Below, piece after piece: positions 14,851-27,587 of a stretch of DNA of 64,000 bases. Below the pieces are notes generated by a model. The model did no database searches and was not told the DNA's origin. It saw only the letters and a program-made list of their open reading frames with translations. The stretch spans positions 62,001-126,000 of the forward strand of contig NIVC01002056.1 in the NCBI GenBank assembly GCA_002269645.1. The letters run 5' to 3'. This stretch comes from Macrostomum lignano (Eukaryota). The translations under genes were made by a program, and so were the position numbers. Position 1 is the stretch's first letter. Each line of letters opens with the position of its first letter.

Positions 14851-17598
14851 CTGGAATTGGAGTAAAAACATAGATGAAGTACTTTAAACAGTAGTTTGAA
14901 GCGGAGTGATGCTTGTTAGCGATGTTAATTCAGATTCATCATGCCGTGCTGCTTATAAAGTTTAATCTGCAAGAACTAAATAGTTGGTAGACTTTTTTTT
15001 CCAGTTAAAAATAATTTAAGCCATCAAGCTTATGGTCAGCACTTGCAGCTGATTTCTGTCTCTCTAGTAATGAAAAAGTGAAATAAAATCATCATTATGC
15101 CGAAACAAGAATTGAAACGAATTTAAGTTAACACAACTGCATATTTGACTTACCTATAAAATCTAAGTTCCATTATCCATCAAAAACTTACCGCTAAACA
15201 GGTCCGAGAATAGATGCTTAACATCGCGAGAATTAGAATTCTGTCTGCTAAAAAGGTCTCTAAGAGAGAACTGCCGTACGCCCACAAATTGGAAGCCTGG
15301 AAGTGGGTATTTGCATATGCAACGCTTCATTTGTGAAATAAAATAACTGCATGGCCTTTTACTTCTATTTTTTATCGCATTTATCGCATATCTCAGGGTT
15401 TAGCGACTATATTATCAAGGTACACGGTAGGAATCAAGGCGAGACTTCCTAAAATTGGAAAAACAATACTTACGATGCTCACCCACTGGATGTCAGGCGT
15501 CTCAGTGTCGCGCAGGATCTACACTCCAAGCATACAGGAGGATCACGTGATCCTCTACAGAATAGAAGCTGTTACCCGAGAGACATGTTGTTTCGGCATA
15601 ATCAAAGAAATACCATAATTTTCTTTGGCTTAGAAAATAACACTATTTTTTATAGTACAGTCCCTAAGCTTAAGAAGGTCCACGACATTTGACAGGCCTC
15701 AATTTCACTTATGTCGTCTATTCATAGCTTCAAAATAATACGCAGATTAATTATAGTTTTGAAAGCCATGAAACAATTTTGCAGCCTACAAGCCACTGGC
15801 CATCGCTTGATGACGATAACAGCAGGCATGCAAAGCGGCATACTTTATTTAATTATTAGCTAGATTTCTGAGTAATTAATATAATTAATATTATTATTAC
15901 ATGCGATAGGGTGAACATGAATATATAAAATTATTATTTATTATATAATGAATACCGTGGGAAACATAAATTTTAGCAATGCAGAAAAATTACGAATCTT
16001 AGTGGCTTTCGGAAAATGCCCTGGACAACCACCTACCCAGTACCGAAGCTGCACACATGGAGCCTAGATACATGGAGCAATTGCAGCTAAAATATTTCGG
16101 GTATCTTAACTATTTGTGGCTAATATGTATGCCGCTGCTAGTGACAATATCATATATCGTTTCTAATATAATGGAAAACTGTTAACCAAAACATAATTCG
16201 TAATAAAGTTTATCATAAATGTGTGCAATTTACATATAAGTAATGCGCGATCCAGTGCATTTCGAGCGACTGTAGCGTCATCTGCGTAGCCTGAGTTTGC
16301 GGAGCCACCGATGATTGCTTCAAGTCGTTCTGCGCTGCGACGCGGCAGTATTAATGCGTATTGCATGTCTCGCGTTGCTCAAACTTTAGTAAGCTAGATG
16401 GCCTTGCACTGCCCCCCTATTGGGGCTCAAAAAAGCGGGTAGAATATACTACAGTGCCGTGTTCACAAGCTTTTGTAGACATTTTCCAAGTCAGCTGACG
16501 CTTTGTTGTACAGGGAATTATACGCGGGTTCTATTTTTAGAACCAGCTGCAGTACCCTGTAGGTCAACCCTGGATCAATAACGTAGTACGTCTGCTGCAT
16601 TATAGATTGTAGACATGCAAGACTGCACAAATGTAGGGACCCGAGTTTGAATTTTAAAATTGTAATTTTTTTATGAAATAGCTTTTCTAATGTCAATAAA
16701 ACTAAAAAAAGAAGCTTAATGTAAATCATAAAGAGTTTATTGGTGAATTGCTAATACGTCAAGCCGCGTGGGAAATTTCTGAGATGTCAATTCTGTCAAT
16801 TTCGGCAATGTTTCTAAAGTTGTGTTGTGATGAAATAATTTATCAAAACGCAACTTTTGGACATTTTGGACTCTGGACAAACTTGAAGAAATATAATTAG
16901 GATTTGAATTGCAGTTCGAACAGATAAATCTCCGAGCTTGAACTACTTTTGAGCAATACAACTACGAAAAGGCAAGCGAAATAATATTTGTTTCCCGGAG
17001 GGGTCATGACCCCCTTAATATTCTCGGGGTGGGGTAAGCCAACCCCCTACGCAGTTTCAGGTTGAGCTCCTCGTAGTGCAGTTTTAGTAGAATCTAAAAT
17101 AAACCTTGACTCAAAGCCTCTTAATATGCTCGTCACGTACCTCTGCTTGAGTTAAGCATATGGTATTATTCCGAGAACCTGCAACTTTTGAACTTTCAAC
17201 CTTACAATTGTACGCACGAGCTTCAAAAGCCCGCGGTAGTAAACACAGATTTACAAGGTCAGGCGAGATCCTTACTTCTAAGCATGGAACGAAACCTACA
17301 ATGTCTGCAGGGAGTGAAGAGCCTTCCTTATCAGATAGCAGGAAAGACAACGTTGAAGCTACGTTGTCGTTGAGCCTCTATACAATAGCAAGGTACAGTA
17401 GCAATCAATCGGAAAAACTCCTTGCCATTCTATGTAACCTATAAGATCCAACGTGCCAATCTGACTCCACCAGCTGGTGCTAAGAACTGATAACTGCCGG
17501 TTTCGTGTTATATAAGCAGCCAAACTGTAGCAGCAATTACAATTCATGATAGTTTGTGTATTTTGTTTTATAGGTAAAATCAATATTAGCTTTTAAAA

Positions 17599-20500
17599 AT
17601 GAAATTCATCGGCCTCTGTATAGCCGCTTCTCTGCTGGTCGGCTGCGGTAAGTCTACATATACATCTACGATTCAGCCAAGAACGTTGAAGCAACAAACA
17701 ATTTGTTAGGGAAGATTAGAGTAAAATTTCAGTAGCTCAAAAGAAGACTCAGAGAAAAATCCTATAATATACAATGTGATAAAAATTCCACCTATAATTC
17801 CACCTATTTTATCCCCAATTAAAACCTCCGACGACAGCCGTCGCGCAGGACTGGGACGACCTTCGTGTCAGGTTTGGCATGAATCCGCTGTCCAACTTCG
17901 TCCAGATGCCTCGGACTGTTGCCGACGCCACTAGCCAGGGCTTCAAGCAGGAGACCAACTGCGATGGTGCGTTTTGGTGTTTTTTTGCTTTGATAATTTC
18001 TTGCGGCTTGTGACGGTTAGGGAGAATTAGGCTTGGGAAAATATTGGAAACGGTTTCTACAGCGATGTTGAATAAGCTATACTTACTAAAAACTGCATTT
18101 CTCGATGACATCGAAATAGAGAATAGTATACGAGTATGAGGACAAACTTTCAATTTTGTCAGGGAGATTGACGGATATAAGCAACAATCTGCTAGAGCGG
18201 GGGTCAGTAAACTTTTTCACCTCAAGAACCAGATAGAGAACCCAGCGCATGACTGCGGGCCAGAGAGGGGAGAAACGAGACGGAATAGAGAAGAGAGATA
18301 GGAGAAAGAAGAGACAAGGGAATAAAGGAGAAGAGAGGAGAAGAGAGGAGGAGAGGAGAAAAGAGATGAAATAAGGAAGGAGAGAGAGAAGGAAGAGGAA
18401 AGAAGATGGGACAGGAAAGAGAGAAGGGAGAGGAGAGGAGAGGAGAGGAGAGGAGAAGAGAGAGAGGAGAGGAGAGGAGAGGAGAGGAGAGGAGAGGAGA
18501 GGAGAGGAGAGGAGAGGAGAGGAGAGGAGAGGAGAGGAGAGGAGAGGAGAGGAGAGGAGAGGAGAGGAGAGGAGAGGAGAGGAGAGGAGAGAGGAGAGGA
18601 GAGGAGAGGAGAGGAGAGGAGAGGAGAGAGGAGGAGAGGAGAGGAGAGGAGAGGAGAGGAGAGGAGAGGAGAGGAGAGGAGAGGAGAGGAGAGGAGAGGA
18701 GAGGAGAGGAGAGGAGAGGAGAGGAGAGGAGAGGAGAGGAGAGGAGAGGAGAGGAGAGGAGAGGAGAGGAGAGGAGAGGAGAGGAGAGGAGAGGAGAGGA
18801 GAGGAGAGGAGAGGAGAGGAGAGGAGAGGAGAGGAGAGGAGAGGAGAGGAGAGGAGAGGAGAGGAGAGGAGAGGAGAGGAGAGGAGAGGAGAGGAGAGGA
18901 GAGGAGAGGAGAGGAGAGGAGAGGAGAGGAGAGGAGAGGAGAGGAGATTATAGAGAAGGGAGCTAAGAAGAGTTACTCATGCAAAACTTGATCAGACGAA
19001 TGATTAAATGACCCTATGGCCCGATAGAGAGGCTCTGGGACCGGGAGTTTGTTGACCCCTATACGGAAATACGGAACTGCAGTACACAGCACACGGTACA
19101 ACGTGCAGATAATCAATGACACTTTCTGTACAAAAGGAATATAAAAAACAACAACAGCAAACTTGCTAAAAAACCGCCTCGAAGATTTCCCCGGTTAGTC
19201 TTTCTATTTGTTATTCAATGTCTTTGCTTGCCTCTTTGGCTTGCCATCAGGTGCCGCAAACAAGTTCCTCGGACGCAGGTTCGTTCACAGGAGCGGCGAC
19301 CGTTCCATCATGCTGCTGTACGATGTTAACGGAATAATTGCCGGAATTCAGACTAACGTGAGAGCGCCAACCGATGTTCAACCAAGCGTTTGCTAGTTTT
19401 AATTAATACAGTTTCTAAAAGTTTAAAATGCACTTTTCTATCCGCAGGTGCCCAAGTCCACCGGCTTCCCGACAGCTGCTCACAAGAAGTTCCACGACAT
19501 GTGGGTTGAAGAGCCGAATGCCCATGTGCTCACTGCCTACTTTGTGGATCCAAGTGAGTTGAATAAGAGCTGACCTCTCTTCTATAGGATGGCTAATGTA
19601 CACTGCTCAACTCTTGCACCAAACACATATGACACTGAACTAAAGGTACCACTATCTAAGAGCTATAATTAGATTCAGCTGTTTGAACTGTGGGTAAACA
19701 TAATTTTCTAAAATAGTTTATTGTTGGCCGTCAACAACTAATATGTTATGGCTAATAAAACACAGAAAAACTGTCAAGGAAAAACTATTGACGACAATAT
19801 TGACGAAAATATGATATACAATTCACAAATCCTGTACAATACGAGCGTATTAGATATAAAGTAGGTTTCAATAATAACCCAAAGCTAAAAATAGAGTCGA
19901 GATTAGACCAAAATCTTAAAGATTACGCTTGTATAGGTGCAACCGTGACCAGCTATTTCCAATAAACTGTCAACTGAATTTGGGTTCCTTCTATTTAGAA
20001 CGTACACAAACTCTGAACCGTGGAAGCTTAAACCGATAACAATCTTCTTCCTCAAGGCATCGTGTGCACCACCGGCCGCAGCGCCGCCCAGCTGAACAAC
20101 CAGGGCACTGGCACCGGCCTCTACCTGCAGAAGGGCCGCGCCAACAGCAACAGCGGCGTCAACTCTTTGCGGATCCCCAAGAACGAGGCTGACATGCCAA
20201 GCACCGCCTGGTCTAAGGGCAAGTGCTTCGTCTTCATGGGTAAGTTCGGATCCCAGATCCTCAGGTTGAGCCACCACACGATCCCAGATCCTCAGGCTAA
20301 GCCACCACACGATCCCAGATCCTCAGGCTAAGCCACCACACGATCCCAGATCCTCAGGCTAAGCCACCACACGATCCCAGATCCTCAGGCTAAGCCACCA
20401 AACGATCCCAGATCCCCAGGCTGAGCCACCACACTCCCAGATCCCCAGGCTGAGCCACCACACTCCCAGATCCTCAGGCTGAGCCACCACACTCCCAGAT

Positions 20501-21196
20501 CCCCAGGCTGAGCCACCACACTCCCAGATCCTCAGACTGAGCCACCACACTCCCAGATCCTCAGGCTGAGCCAATACACGTTCCCAGATCCTCAGGCTGG
20601 GGTTTAACACTCCCAGATCCTCAGGCTGAGCCACTACACGATCCCAGATCCTCAGGCTGGGGTTTAACACTCCCAGATCCTCAGGCTGAGCCACCACACT
20701 CCCAGATCCTAAGGCTGAGCCACTACACGATCCCAGATCCTCAGGCTGGGGTTTAACACTCCCAGATCCTCAGGCTGGGGTTTAACACTGATTGCCAGCA
20801 ATCTGCACCAGTCAATAAAACTCCCTCCCTCCCCCTCCCACCCCAGGCCAGCACTATTGGTACAACATGCGCAAGAACATGAACTGCGATGACTTCATGC
20901 CCTACTTCCTGCTGTACAATGGCGGTAAACTGGACGGTTTCGGCTTCGCCATGACTGCCAACTACAATGGCGAGTACTATGAGCACCCGACCGTGTCTGT
21001 TGCTGGGGTGAGTCCTGACACAGTGGCCATTGTCATTTCTGAGCACAGACAGCAAGTAGTTACTCCTACATGTATTTTTCAGAGCTTCTTCCCATTTGTC
21101 CCGGACTGCATGCACCAGCCGACGCACCCCCAGACCTTCACCACCGCCCATGTCTACATGTACAAGCGGCCCTGGACCAAGCTGTGTGTCTTCTGA
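17599..21196 (+). CDS. Secreted protein of unknown function, 7 exons, 282 aa
   Basis: Exons 17599-17647, 17838-17966, 19251-19357, 19448-19553, 20057-20239, 20847-21007, 21083-21196. All GT-AG and phase-consistent; 849 nt open to TGA. N-terminal signal peptide MKFIGLCIAASLLVGCAVA. Segments WDDLRV, MLLYDVNGIIAGIQ, HYWYNM, FLLYNGGKLDGFG and EHP recall an uncharacterised invertebrate family (from memory, not verified). Confidence 0.88.
18198..19061. mobile_element. Non-autonomous hAT (Charlie-like) element enclosing a (GAGGA)n tract
   Basis: Left end CGGGGGTCAGTAAACT and right end AGTTTGTTGACCCCTA are inverted-repeat related and resemble CAGGGGTCGGCAAAC-type hAT TIRs, with subterminal GCGGGCCAGA. 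TSD not conserved. Confidence 0.55.
18265..18947. repeat. (GAGGA)n purine satellite
   Basis: Perfect pentamer core at about 18470-18945; source of the EERRG ORF. Confidence 0.97.
20251..20789. repeat. 29-30-bp minisatellite (TCCCAGATCCTCAGGCTGAGCCACCACAC) in intron 5 of the secreted-protein gene
   Basis: Direct observation; begins about 10 nt after the donor at 20240. Confidence 0.93.
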
Positions 21197-21986
21197 GCTG
21201 TTTAAGCCGCGGTGTTCATCAAGCTACTGAAAGTAGACTAGGAAGATTTCAGTTGAGTAAAGAAATATAAAAAAGTAGGAAATAAAACTGATCAAACATT
21301 GAAATTGTTTCAATTTTTACGTTATTTCTTTGTAATTTGCTTTTGGCATGGCATAAACTGAAATGTTTGCTAAATCACAGAAAATTTAATACATGTATGT
21401 ACTTCTCGCACCTCACAATCATATAAAAACAATATTTAAAGCATAGCGTAATATTATTGTTCACCGCGGCTGGGTGAATAATACGCTCGTCCAAAAGTTA
21501 AACAAGAAAAATCTCGAAACTGTGTACCTTCTGTTAAACATAAAGTATTTATTAAATCATTATTCAAAACTAAGACATACTACACAGTGGTAGTCGAACC
21601 TTATTCAAGGCTAAGATGTACTTTAATATATACTTTATTCACTTTCCAGTCTATTCACTTCACTGCCAGTCTAATTCAAAGTAAAATTCAAAATACGACA
21701 AATAGACATCCGCGCACGTGCAATGCATACCAATCACCAAATTCTGCGACATCAAGGACCATAAACTAATTTGAGAGCTGTTGTCATGACAGTTGACAGT
21801 GTGGAATGTCTGTCAAAGAAAGCACTGTATGGTAACGAAATGGTTTATTAGCTCAAGGCTTGAAAAATTAACTGTGTAATCGTTATATTGCGTTATTCAA
21901 ATTAAAAAATCTGCTCGATTTTGAAGTGTGACGACAATTTCGCTTTTATAGTTCATTGTGTTTACATTGAGCTGTCTTCTCAACGT

Positions 21987-24900
21987 TTATTGCGGAGGCG
22001 GCGCAGTTGCCATGGCGAACACCGGGTAGCTGGGCGCCCACTGGGAGGTGCCGTTCACGTTTTTTCCAGCGCCCTCCTCAGGGTCCATGTTCACCCGGCC
22101 GAACATGCACTCTTCGTAGGTGGGCGGCGCTGCGAAAGAGCATATTTTTTAATGGCTTTAACATATTATCAACGCATAGCCTACTAACGAGTAGCGAGAA
22201 CTGAATATGAGACTCCAAAAGGAAATTTCTAGCCTCTGTCATAGTGGTGTCCCCCTGTTACAGGGAGCTGTAAGCCCAGCGGTCTAGCGCGGCGTTCTGG
22301 TGTGCCTGCGGCCCAGGCTCGATTACAGTCACATTAATTTGGGCCTAAATTTGAATCTCGGCTTAGCTCTGCTCGTGCAATTATCGCCCATTCAGGCCAA
22401 ACCCCAAGACACAGTGAAGTGTACATGCCTAACGATAAATAAAGTTAGGGCCGCTGTACACTCCTGTGTGAGTGTGTGCCTGTGCGTATGACTGCGTACG
22501 TAAACGCGCGATTGTGTACCTGCTCAGAGGAGTCGGTGGAATGGGCAGCAATGCCTCTCGCTGGTTGTGTGACAATTTTCGATATTATCCTATATACTAA
22601 AATTTGATGCTATGTTCGAACATTATTCGATGATGTGGGAACATTTTGAAGGGATTGCGTAGGCGAAAACTTATCATAAATAGCGCGATGGTTTACGTAC
22701 AGTATATTCTTCTTACATTGCTACTAACCTAGGCCCCGTGTGAATCAAGGGTAACACTGAGCACTACCATGACTTATTGTCACATGAATTCCTGTTTAAA
22801 GGTCTTTATAGCTAACTATATACAAGCTTAGGATACAATTTAGCTCATCAATAGTATTTAAACGAACAATCAAACTTGCCCCCCCATTCGAGGCGCCCAA
22901 TAAGCAAGGCTTGCTTTAATATGCTTATATCATATGTTAAGATAAACTAATAAATACATTTAGAGCTACCTTATCATCTGATCATTTATTCAAAATCTAA
23001 TCGCTAATGTGCTTGTAATAGTGTAGATGATGATCTACGCTAATTATTAATCACACGCGAGTTCACATCAGTCAGTAGCTCGTACTTACGGGGCACAGCT
23101 GGAGCCGGCGGCTGAGACGTGATCGCCATCATTGGACCGTCATAGCCGTAGCCGGGTCCTTGACCCCACGGCATCGAGGACCAGAGCGGCACGGTGCCGA
23201 TCAGCAGCTCGCAGCACTCCTCCTTCATGGACAGGCAGCAGCCACCGTCTGCGTTCACCTGAATGAGTGAGGTTTGCGTTGTGGGGTACTCACCGTACTC
23301 AAAATTTCAGGTTGATCAGTCTGCTTTTTCATCGAAGAAACACTCCCCATTGCGGTTTATAGTGTTTGTCCAGACGATAAACACACTTCCCATTGCGGTT
23401 TATAGTGCTTGTCCAGCCGATAAACACACACTCCCCATTGCAGTTTATAGTGCTTGTCCAGCCGATAAACACACTCCCCATTGCAGTTTATAGTGCTTGT
23501 CCAGCCGATAAACACACTCCCATTGCAGTTTATAGTGCTTGTCCAGCCGATAAACACACTCCCCATTGCAGTTTATAGTGCTTGTCCAGCCGATAAACAC
23601 ACTCCCCATTGCAGTTTATAGTGCTTGTCCAACCGATAAACACACTCCCCATTGCAGTTTATAGTGCTTGTCCAGACGATAAACACACTCCCCATTGCAG
23701 TTTATAGTGCTTGTCCAGACGATAAACACACTCCCCTTTTTAAGTCAGCTAGTTCAACTTTCATCATTTCTTTTAATGAGCCCAGAACGACCTCCTTAGT
23801 CAGCGTGAATTTACTTACTCAATGTGTAGGCAAATGAACTCAACGCTGAACTCACCCTGAAATAGTAGAACATTTCAATATTGTTGCAGCCCTCGATATG
23901 CGAGCTGGGCATCGGGTTCACCGGCAGCAGGTGATCTAAATAGATGCTGGCTCCCTTGGCAACGCCTGGCAAGTCAACCGAGGAGGCCACCCGAGTAGTG
24001 GATCGCGACTTGCTAGTTGCATGGAACACGCATCTCTGCGGGTTGAGGAGATTATTAGTACAATATACTCTGTGCACATTCTTTCTGATGAGTCTGACGC
24101 ACGAATACTAGAAACTTGGCTACGATCTGCCTCAAAAAAGTCTGACGAGACAGCAAACTAGAAGGGCAAACAAGTGGGAGCAAAACTTACTTCCGTTTCG
24201 CTCAGGACTTAGTCCCTCGTACAATGCTCCTTACGGATCAAGGTTAATGCAGCATTCTTATCGACAACATGTAGAAACAGTATGTGCCTTATTACACAGC
24301 TAGAATTCTGCAATTCAATTCTGAGTAGCTAGAGCCAAGAAAAATTGATGCGTGTAAATCCTTGGCCGTCTGCAAAACAGCGATACACGCTACAGTGGCT
24401 CACAATATATTTATGTGGCTTCCTGTGTCCAGAGGCTCTTCAATGACAGATTTGCGTTCTTAAACTCCAACAGTGACCCGATGTCCTACTTTATATTCCT
24501 ACTTTATATTGTCCTGTCCATTTATATTCTCCAGTGTGCATCCCATACTCCCACTATTTCCTCATCATTCACACCCTTTCCCATCCTCTCACTGTTTCCC
24601 CATTCTTCTTCACCGTTTCCCACACTCCCACAATTTTCCCATCCTCTCACCGTTTTCCAATTCTTTCTTCACCGTTTCCCACACTCCCACCATTTTCCCA
24701 TCCTCTCACCGTTTTTCCATCCTCTCACCGTTCTTCATCCTCTCACCGTTCATCATCCTCTCACCGTTCTTCATCCTCTCACCGTTCCTCATCCTCTCAC
24801 CGTTCTTCATCCTCTCACCGTTCCTCATCCTCTCACCGTTCTTCATCCTCTCACCGTTCCTCATCCTCTCACCGTTATTCATCCTCTCACCGTTCCTCAT

Positions 24901-26398
24901 CCTCTCACCGTTCTTCATCCTCTCACCGTTCCTCATCCTCTCACCGTTCTTCATCCTCTCACCGTTCCTCATCCTCTCACCGTTCTTCATCCTCTCACCG
25001 TTCCTCATCCTCTCACCGTTCTTCATCCTCTCACCGTTCCTCATCCTCTCACCGTTCCTCATCCTCTCACCGTTCTTCATCCTCTCACCGTTCCTCATCC
25101 TCTCACCGTTCTTCATCCTCTCACCGTTCCTCATCCTCTCACCGTTATTCATCCTCTCACCGTTCCTCATCCTCTCACCGTTCTTCATCCTCTCACCGTT
25201 CCTCATCCTCTCACCGTTCTTCATCCTCTCACCGTTCCTCATCCTCTCACTGTTCCTTATCCTCTAACCGTTTCCCCGTTCTCCCACCGCCTTCCCTATC
25301 TTCTCACCGTCCTCCCAAACGTCCCACCGTCTGACACCCACCCACAACTTAATCTTCATCCAAACCACTCTACCCGATCCAGCCTCCCCTCCCCGCAGAT
25401 CCTATTGAACTCCTACCTGGTATATCTCCAGGCTGACGCTCTCTAGCTCGGTGCCGCTGGTGTTGGCGATCTCGCCGGTGACGCGAACCTGCTCGCCGGG
25501 CACGAAGCCCCTCTTCGGTAGTTGGACTCTCACGAGCAGCTTACCAAAGCAGCAGTTGAAACAGTAGCAGCAGTTCACATCGAACTCGTTCTCAGTAAAA
25601 AACGGCCCGATTGCGTCCATTGGCCTCGTGTTCAAATCGAAGTCGCGAATCACCGTGTAGAATGCCTGGGTGTAGTTGTCGAACTTCCACGGCCGATCGA
25701 TGCTGGCCTTGACGTAGTACCGAATCCGACCGACGTCGCCTTCGAATGAGTTGGGCGCGGTTGGCGGGATCTGGAAAGTCAGCGGGTAGTAGTACTCTCC
25801 CGCAGGGTGGTGCTCGGCGTTCGGGCCCGTGCCGCTAGGAGCTGCGGGTGGCGGATGGCGTTGAGCAGGTAACACACCTGGGTCTAACTAGTGAACACAT
25901 TCAGATCTACACACCGAATCTAAAAGGTGGCACCGATATCTAGAAGTAAATTAATCCCTATAGCAGAACTTGATCAGAGAGTAATATAACTCACTAAACA
26001 CCGGAACTTTCTGTTCAATGTAGATTTCCTCAGATGAGTAGTGTTTGGTGTAGGAGCTCTTCCCGGATTGCTTGCGTTCAGTCCAGTGGACGTAACTGTT
26101 GCCGAATAGTTTAACGTAAATTGCTGGAATGATACAGGCATACGAGTATTTAAGGCCAAGAAACTGACTGACTGACTGACTGACTGACTGACTGACTGAC
26201 TGACTGACTGACTGACTGACTGACTGACTGACTGACTGACTGACTGACTGACTGACAAAACCCATTCCTACCTCGGCACTTGACGGGTTCCCGCAGCACC
26301 AGATGCACTCTGAGCGCAACTGTCTGCCCGGAGCGGTACACGGCTCGAGGATTTTCGGAGGCATCGTCGAACAAAATTTCCAGCGTTTGAACTTTCAT
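21987..26398 (-). CDS. Alpha-arrestin (ARRDC-like) copy B, six exons, intact, 390 aa
   Basis: Exons 26398-26272, 26123-25995, 25841-25417, 24035-23856, 23258-23090, 22129-21987. GT-AG, phase-consistent, 1173 nt to TAA. Motifs PNSFEGDVGRIRY, CCYCFNCCFG, KRGFVPGE, PPTY, WAPSYPVF. Confidence 0.93.
22263..22581 (+). mobile_element. Second tRNA-derived SINE family, copy b (intron 5 of arrestin B)
   Basis: Reverse complement of 12786-13062 with an internal insertion of about 45 bp; A-box and B-box-like head. Confidence 0.8.
23338..23736. repeat. 43-bp minisatellite, about 9 copies, in arrestin B intron 4
   Basis: Unit CACTCCCCATTGCAGTTTATAGTGCTTGTCCAGCCGATAAACA. Confidence 0.93.
24575..25310. repeat. 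18-bp minisatellite (CATCCTCTCACCGTTC[C/T]T) in arrestin B intron 3
   Basis: Homogeneous core 24715-25260 with degenerate flanks. Confidence 0.95.
26162..26256. repeat. (ACTG)n microsatellite in arrestin B intron 1
   Basis: Direct observation. Confidence 0.97.
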
Positions 26399-26524
26399 GG
26401 CGGAAAAAATCTGTAAGGGGCGAGTTTCGGTGAAGAATTCTGAGCTGGCTGGGTTGGAAACCTGCGATGTGGAATGAATGTCTCAAGTGTAAAAAGAGAG
26501 ACTCCCTGGTGACAGATAGTAAAA

Positions 26525-27084
26525 ATCTCACAATAGAGACACACTGAGAATCTTACCGTAGAGACACTGTGAATCTTACCGTAGAGACACTGAGAATCTT
26601 ACCAAAGAGACACTGAGAATCTCACCAAACAGACACTGAGAATCTCACCAAAGAGACACTGAGAATCTCACCAAAGAGACACTGAGAATCTCACCATAGA
26701 GACACTGAGAATCTCACCAAAGAGACACTGGGAATCTCACCATTGAGACAAAGAGAATCTCATCATTGAGACAAAGAGAATCTCATCATTGAGACAAAGA
26801 GAATCTCATCATTGAGACACTGAGAATCTCACCAAAGAGACACTGAGAATCTCACCAAAGAGACACTGAGAATCTCACCAAAGAGACACTGAGAATCTCA
26901 CCATAGAGACACTGAGAATCTCACCAAAGAGACACTGAGAATCTCACCAAAGAGACACTGAGAATCTCACCAAAGAGACACTGAGAATCTCACCATAGAG
27001 ACACTGAGAATCTCACCAAAGAGACACTGAGAATCCCACCAAAGAGACACTGAGAATCTCACCAAAGGGACACTGAGAATCTCA
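26525..27084. repeat. 23-bp minisatellite (AAAGAGACACTGAGAATCTCACC)
   Basis: Direct observation; starts about 130 bp upstream of the arrestin B ATG. Confidence 0.95.
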
Positions 27085-27587
27085 CATCTCATGCAAACGA
27101 GAAAGACAAATTTGCTCACCTAAATTAATTAATTCTGCCGCATTAGAAAAGTTCGTCTCAGTAATTAATGAGTAGTGCAAGTTTGATCTCTCGCTGGCTA
27201 ATAAAGATTTCTGTTTAATCAATTCGTCCCTAACTGTAGGTTTTTGAGCAAACAACCGGACAGAAGGTTGGGGTAAATACAATCGTTTTCTACCCCCTCC
27301 CCACACCTCAGTTCGGACTCAGCCACATTGCAATGAGAGAAGAAGGGCGATTGGGCAGGATTATACAAGCTTAGTATGCCGTACGGTTTTATGCCAAGAT
27401 CAGTGAGCGTGAAAATGAGAATTTAAATGCAGGAAAACCACGGACTGCGCTGCTGTTTCACGAATAAGAAACACTGCTCAAATAGGGGTGTTTTGCACCT
27501 CAGGAATGTACTTTTACGCTGTCTGTAGCGTAACTATTATTATATATTGCTTAAATATTGTCTGCATCTACACCTATCATTATAAAG

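Noticed and set aside
17000-17013. 14-bp palindrome GGGGTCATGACCCC
   Set aside because: Isolated, with no supporting structure.
18406-18966. EERRG ORF
   Set aside because: Translation of (GAGGA)n within an intron.
24415-25446. HPLTV / HRSSSS ORFs
   Set aside because: 18-bp intronic minisatellite of arrestin B.
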